DNA of 64,000 nt from Haplodiscus bocki (lineage: Eukaryota), in contig OZ296657.1 of NCBI GenBank assembly GCA_965655095.1, forward strand, positions 27,652,001 through 27,716,000, given 5' to 3'. A model generated the notes under the pieces. That model did not search any database, was not told the origin of the DNA, and saw only the letters and a list, made by a program, of their open reading frames with translations. Every line of letters starts with the position of its first letter. The first letter of the stretch is position 1. The position numbers and the translations under genes were made by a program. Shown one piece after another: positions 61,906 to 64,000 of this stretch.

Positions 61906-63881
61906 GGTTACATGCCATTTCGTCCTACACCATTTCAACCGCCGCAATTTCAACCGTTCACACTTTCAACCGCTGCCTTTTCGATCGCTTGCAAATTCAA
62001 CTGCCAAAAATTCTACCTATTTAGATAAGTTCAAGGTTATTCAATTTTTTCAAGGCGTTCGAAAACAATTAAAGTAATTAAAGAATCAATTGAACGTCAT
62101 CAATAAGACAGACAGTCTCACGTAATTTCCAAAGGTCATATTGGACAAACTACCATATTTACCAAAGTTGAAGATGTAGCTTCCGAACTTCACCAGAAAG
62201 AAATCAGATGCAAATTGCATCTCACTAGGACAACAAACTTGATGGGACTTTGATTTCTTGTCACTGGCTTTGAACATTTTTTTAAAGGGTTGGCCAGTCC
62301 GTAGTCCAAATGTACTTCGATCTCACAAGAGAAGTGTCTCTTGGATTAAACTTAACAGCCAGGCATGGTTATGTTCTGAGACGCACTCCGAGAGGCTGCA
62401 AGAAGGCGTCACGACAAAAAATCAAAAATCTCCTGGGCTTAAAATTTGTTTTTCTGCAAAAAACCAAGAAATTGAATTTTATTGAGGGGACAAAAAAGAA
62501 TAATTACAGCAAATAAAAAGAACAAAACATATCAAAAATCTCTATAAACATTTTTAATGTAAATTTTGCTACTGCTCTATAAGATATGGCAGAGCATTTT
62601 TGAACTTACAAGTATTTCGGATATTATGCATCTGTTTCTTAAGTTTTTCATAATGGAGGCGCTTGGAGCTTGGAGCACAATAATCTGGCAGTTTCTTGAA
62701 TATCTTTAAACTTCTGCATTTTCTAATCTTTTTCCAAGTTCCTCAAGAGCAACCGAATATTCGGCATTGAACCACTAAAATGCGCTTGCAGTCTGTTCGG
62801 CTAGCCTTTTATGCTATTTGTTACTTCCTCAGTAACCAGCTAAATAAATGCCTTTACGTGGGCAGGCGGAACATGTTTTTTCTCTTTTGTTTGGTAGCAG
62901 TACATATACACAAAGTGGAGCAAAACCGTACAACTCTACTTGGATTGTTTAAGTTTGATAAAAGAATTCTGGTGACAATTTAGATGTTCCATCAACCAAC
63001 CAAATGTTCGACAATTTTAATAACTTTTTTATTGTTGCGTCTCCAATTTATAGAATTCGCTCATTATGATCTTTCCCACTATCTTGTAGAAATACGGAAG
63101 CAAACTCATCAGGGATATCAAAATGTCGATCATTTATGGCAGGTCTTTGAAGACACATATCCTTTTGTCGTTTTCGGGAAGCTGCTTGCAACAGGTTTTC
63201 TTTCTTGCGCATTGCAAGCTGAACTGCATAATTATCGGAAACTTCGGGTATTTCATTCGCAATAGCCGCAGTTGGTGTTGAACATTGGGCTCTTCTTTCA
63301 ATTTGATTCACTACTGGTTCCTCTTTACATTCACCGAGGTCGCAGTCGTGATTATGCGTTCCTTTTTTCGATGACACTTTTGTTTTTTAGTTTTCAAAAT
63401 TACGGGTCATTATAACTTATAATATTTTGTTTATTTTGTACGACGCCGATGGATACAGTTTATAGTTGTTTGTTTCTGGTTATATGAGTGGCCGTTGTGC
63501 ACTGCTATTTTTCCGCCTCGGTTTGGTTGTATGATTTGAACTTGCATTTTGGAACTTCTGATACGTGCTGCTACTGTAAAACTGAATTGCTTAATTTTTT
63601 TCAACGATTTCGATTAGGAGTAGGTGCGAACTGTGTTAGTTTCCTGTTATCGTTGTGTTAATTGCTGTATCCGGTAACTACGACGCTTGCATAATCAAGT
63701 CTTGTTTTAAATATGACGTTCAAAAGGATTAATTTTAATTACAGTTAGTTGCTGTAATTATTTGATTACTCGATAATAGAAGCTATTGAAATAGTACACG
63801 GTCGAAAAGGCAAGCGGTTGAAAATGTGAGCGGTTTAAATTGCAGTAGTTGAAATGGCATAGGATGAAATGTCCTGACACC
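61906..63881 (-). mobile_element. MULE/Mutator DNA transposon with decayed transposase
   Basis: Long TIRs with ttcaaccg subrepeats; 9-bp TSD gacaccaag (61897-61905, 63882-63890); minus-strand HNH..., DSG..ERIL, WLVDGTSKLSPEFFYQ (MULE DGTF motif). Confidence 0.88.
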
Positions 63882-64000
63882 GACACCAAGTGAAAGATGA
63901 TTGCAGCGAGCGAAAAAAATTGAAGATTAGAACAGATAAAATGCTGCTGACTTTTGGGACCTCCCTATGTTAAAGTGAGTTTTCGGCTAATGAAGCAGAA

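Overview
AT-rich animal (invertebrate) genomic DNA; species not determinable here. Host genes: the 3' part of an intron-containing HECTD1 E3 ligase (8 exons, 1..7382); a tight same-strand trio of intronless ABCF3, intronless EDEM2 and a two-exon Rap-like GTPase; an intronless DUF1917/C11orf68-like plus coiled-coil gene; and an intronless SLC22-like transporter with an early stop. The main feature is a full-length, decayed Polinton/Maverick (endogenous adintovirus-like virus) at 21745..36309 inside the 16.3-kb intron of the Rap gene. It has (AGT)n-capped terminal inverted repeats (TIRs), a 6-bp GATATA target-site duplication (TSD), and pseudogenes for integrase, minor and major capsid, a GxG core protein, adenain protease and pPolB. 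Its first ORF is an intact secreted protein with the exact cysteine spacing of EGF, a candidate viral growth factor. Near the right end are a possible macrodomain remnant and a tRNA-like Pol III unit. The rest is MITEs, MULE elements and retrotransposon debris.
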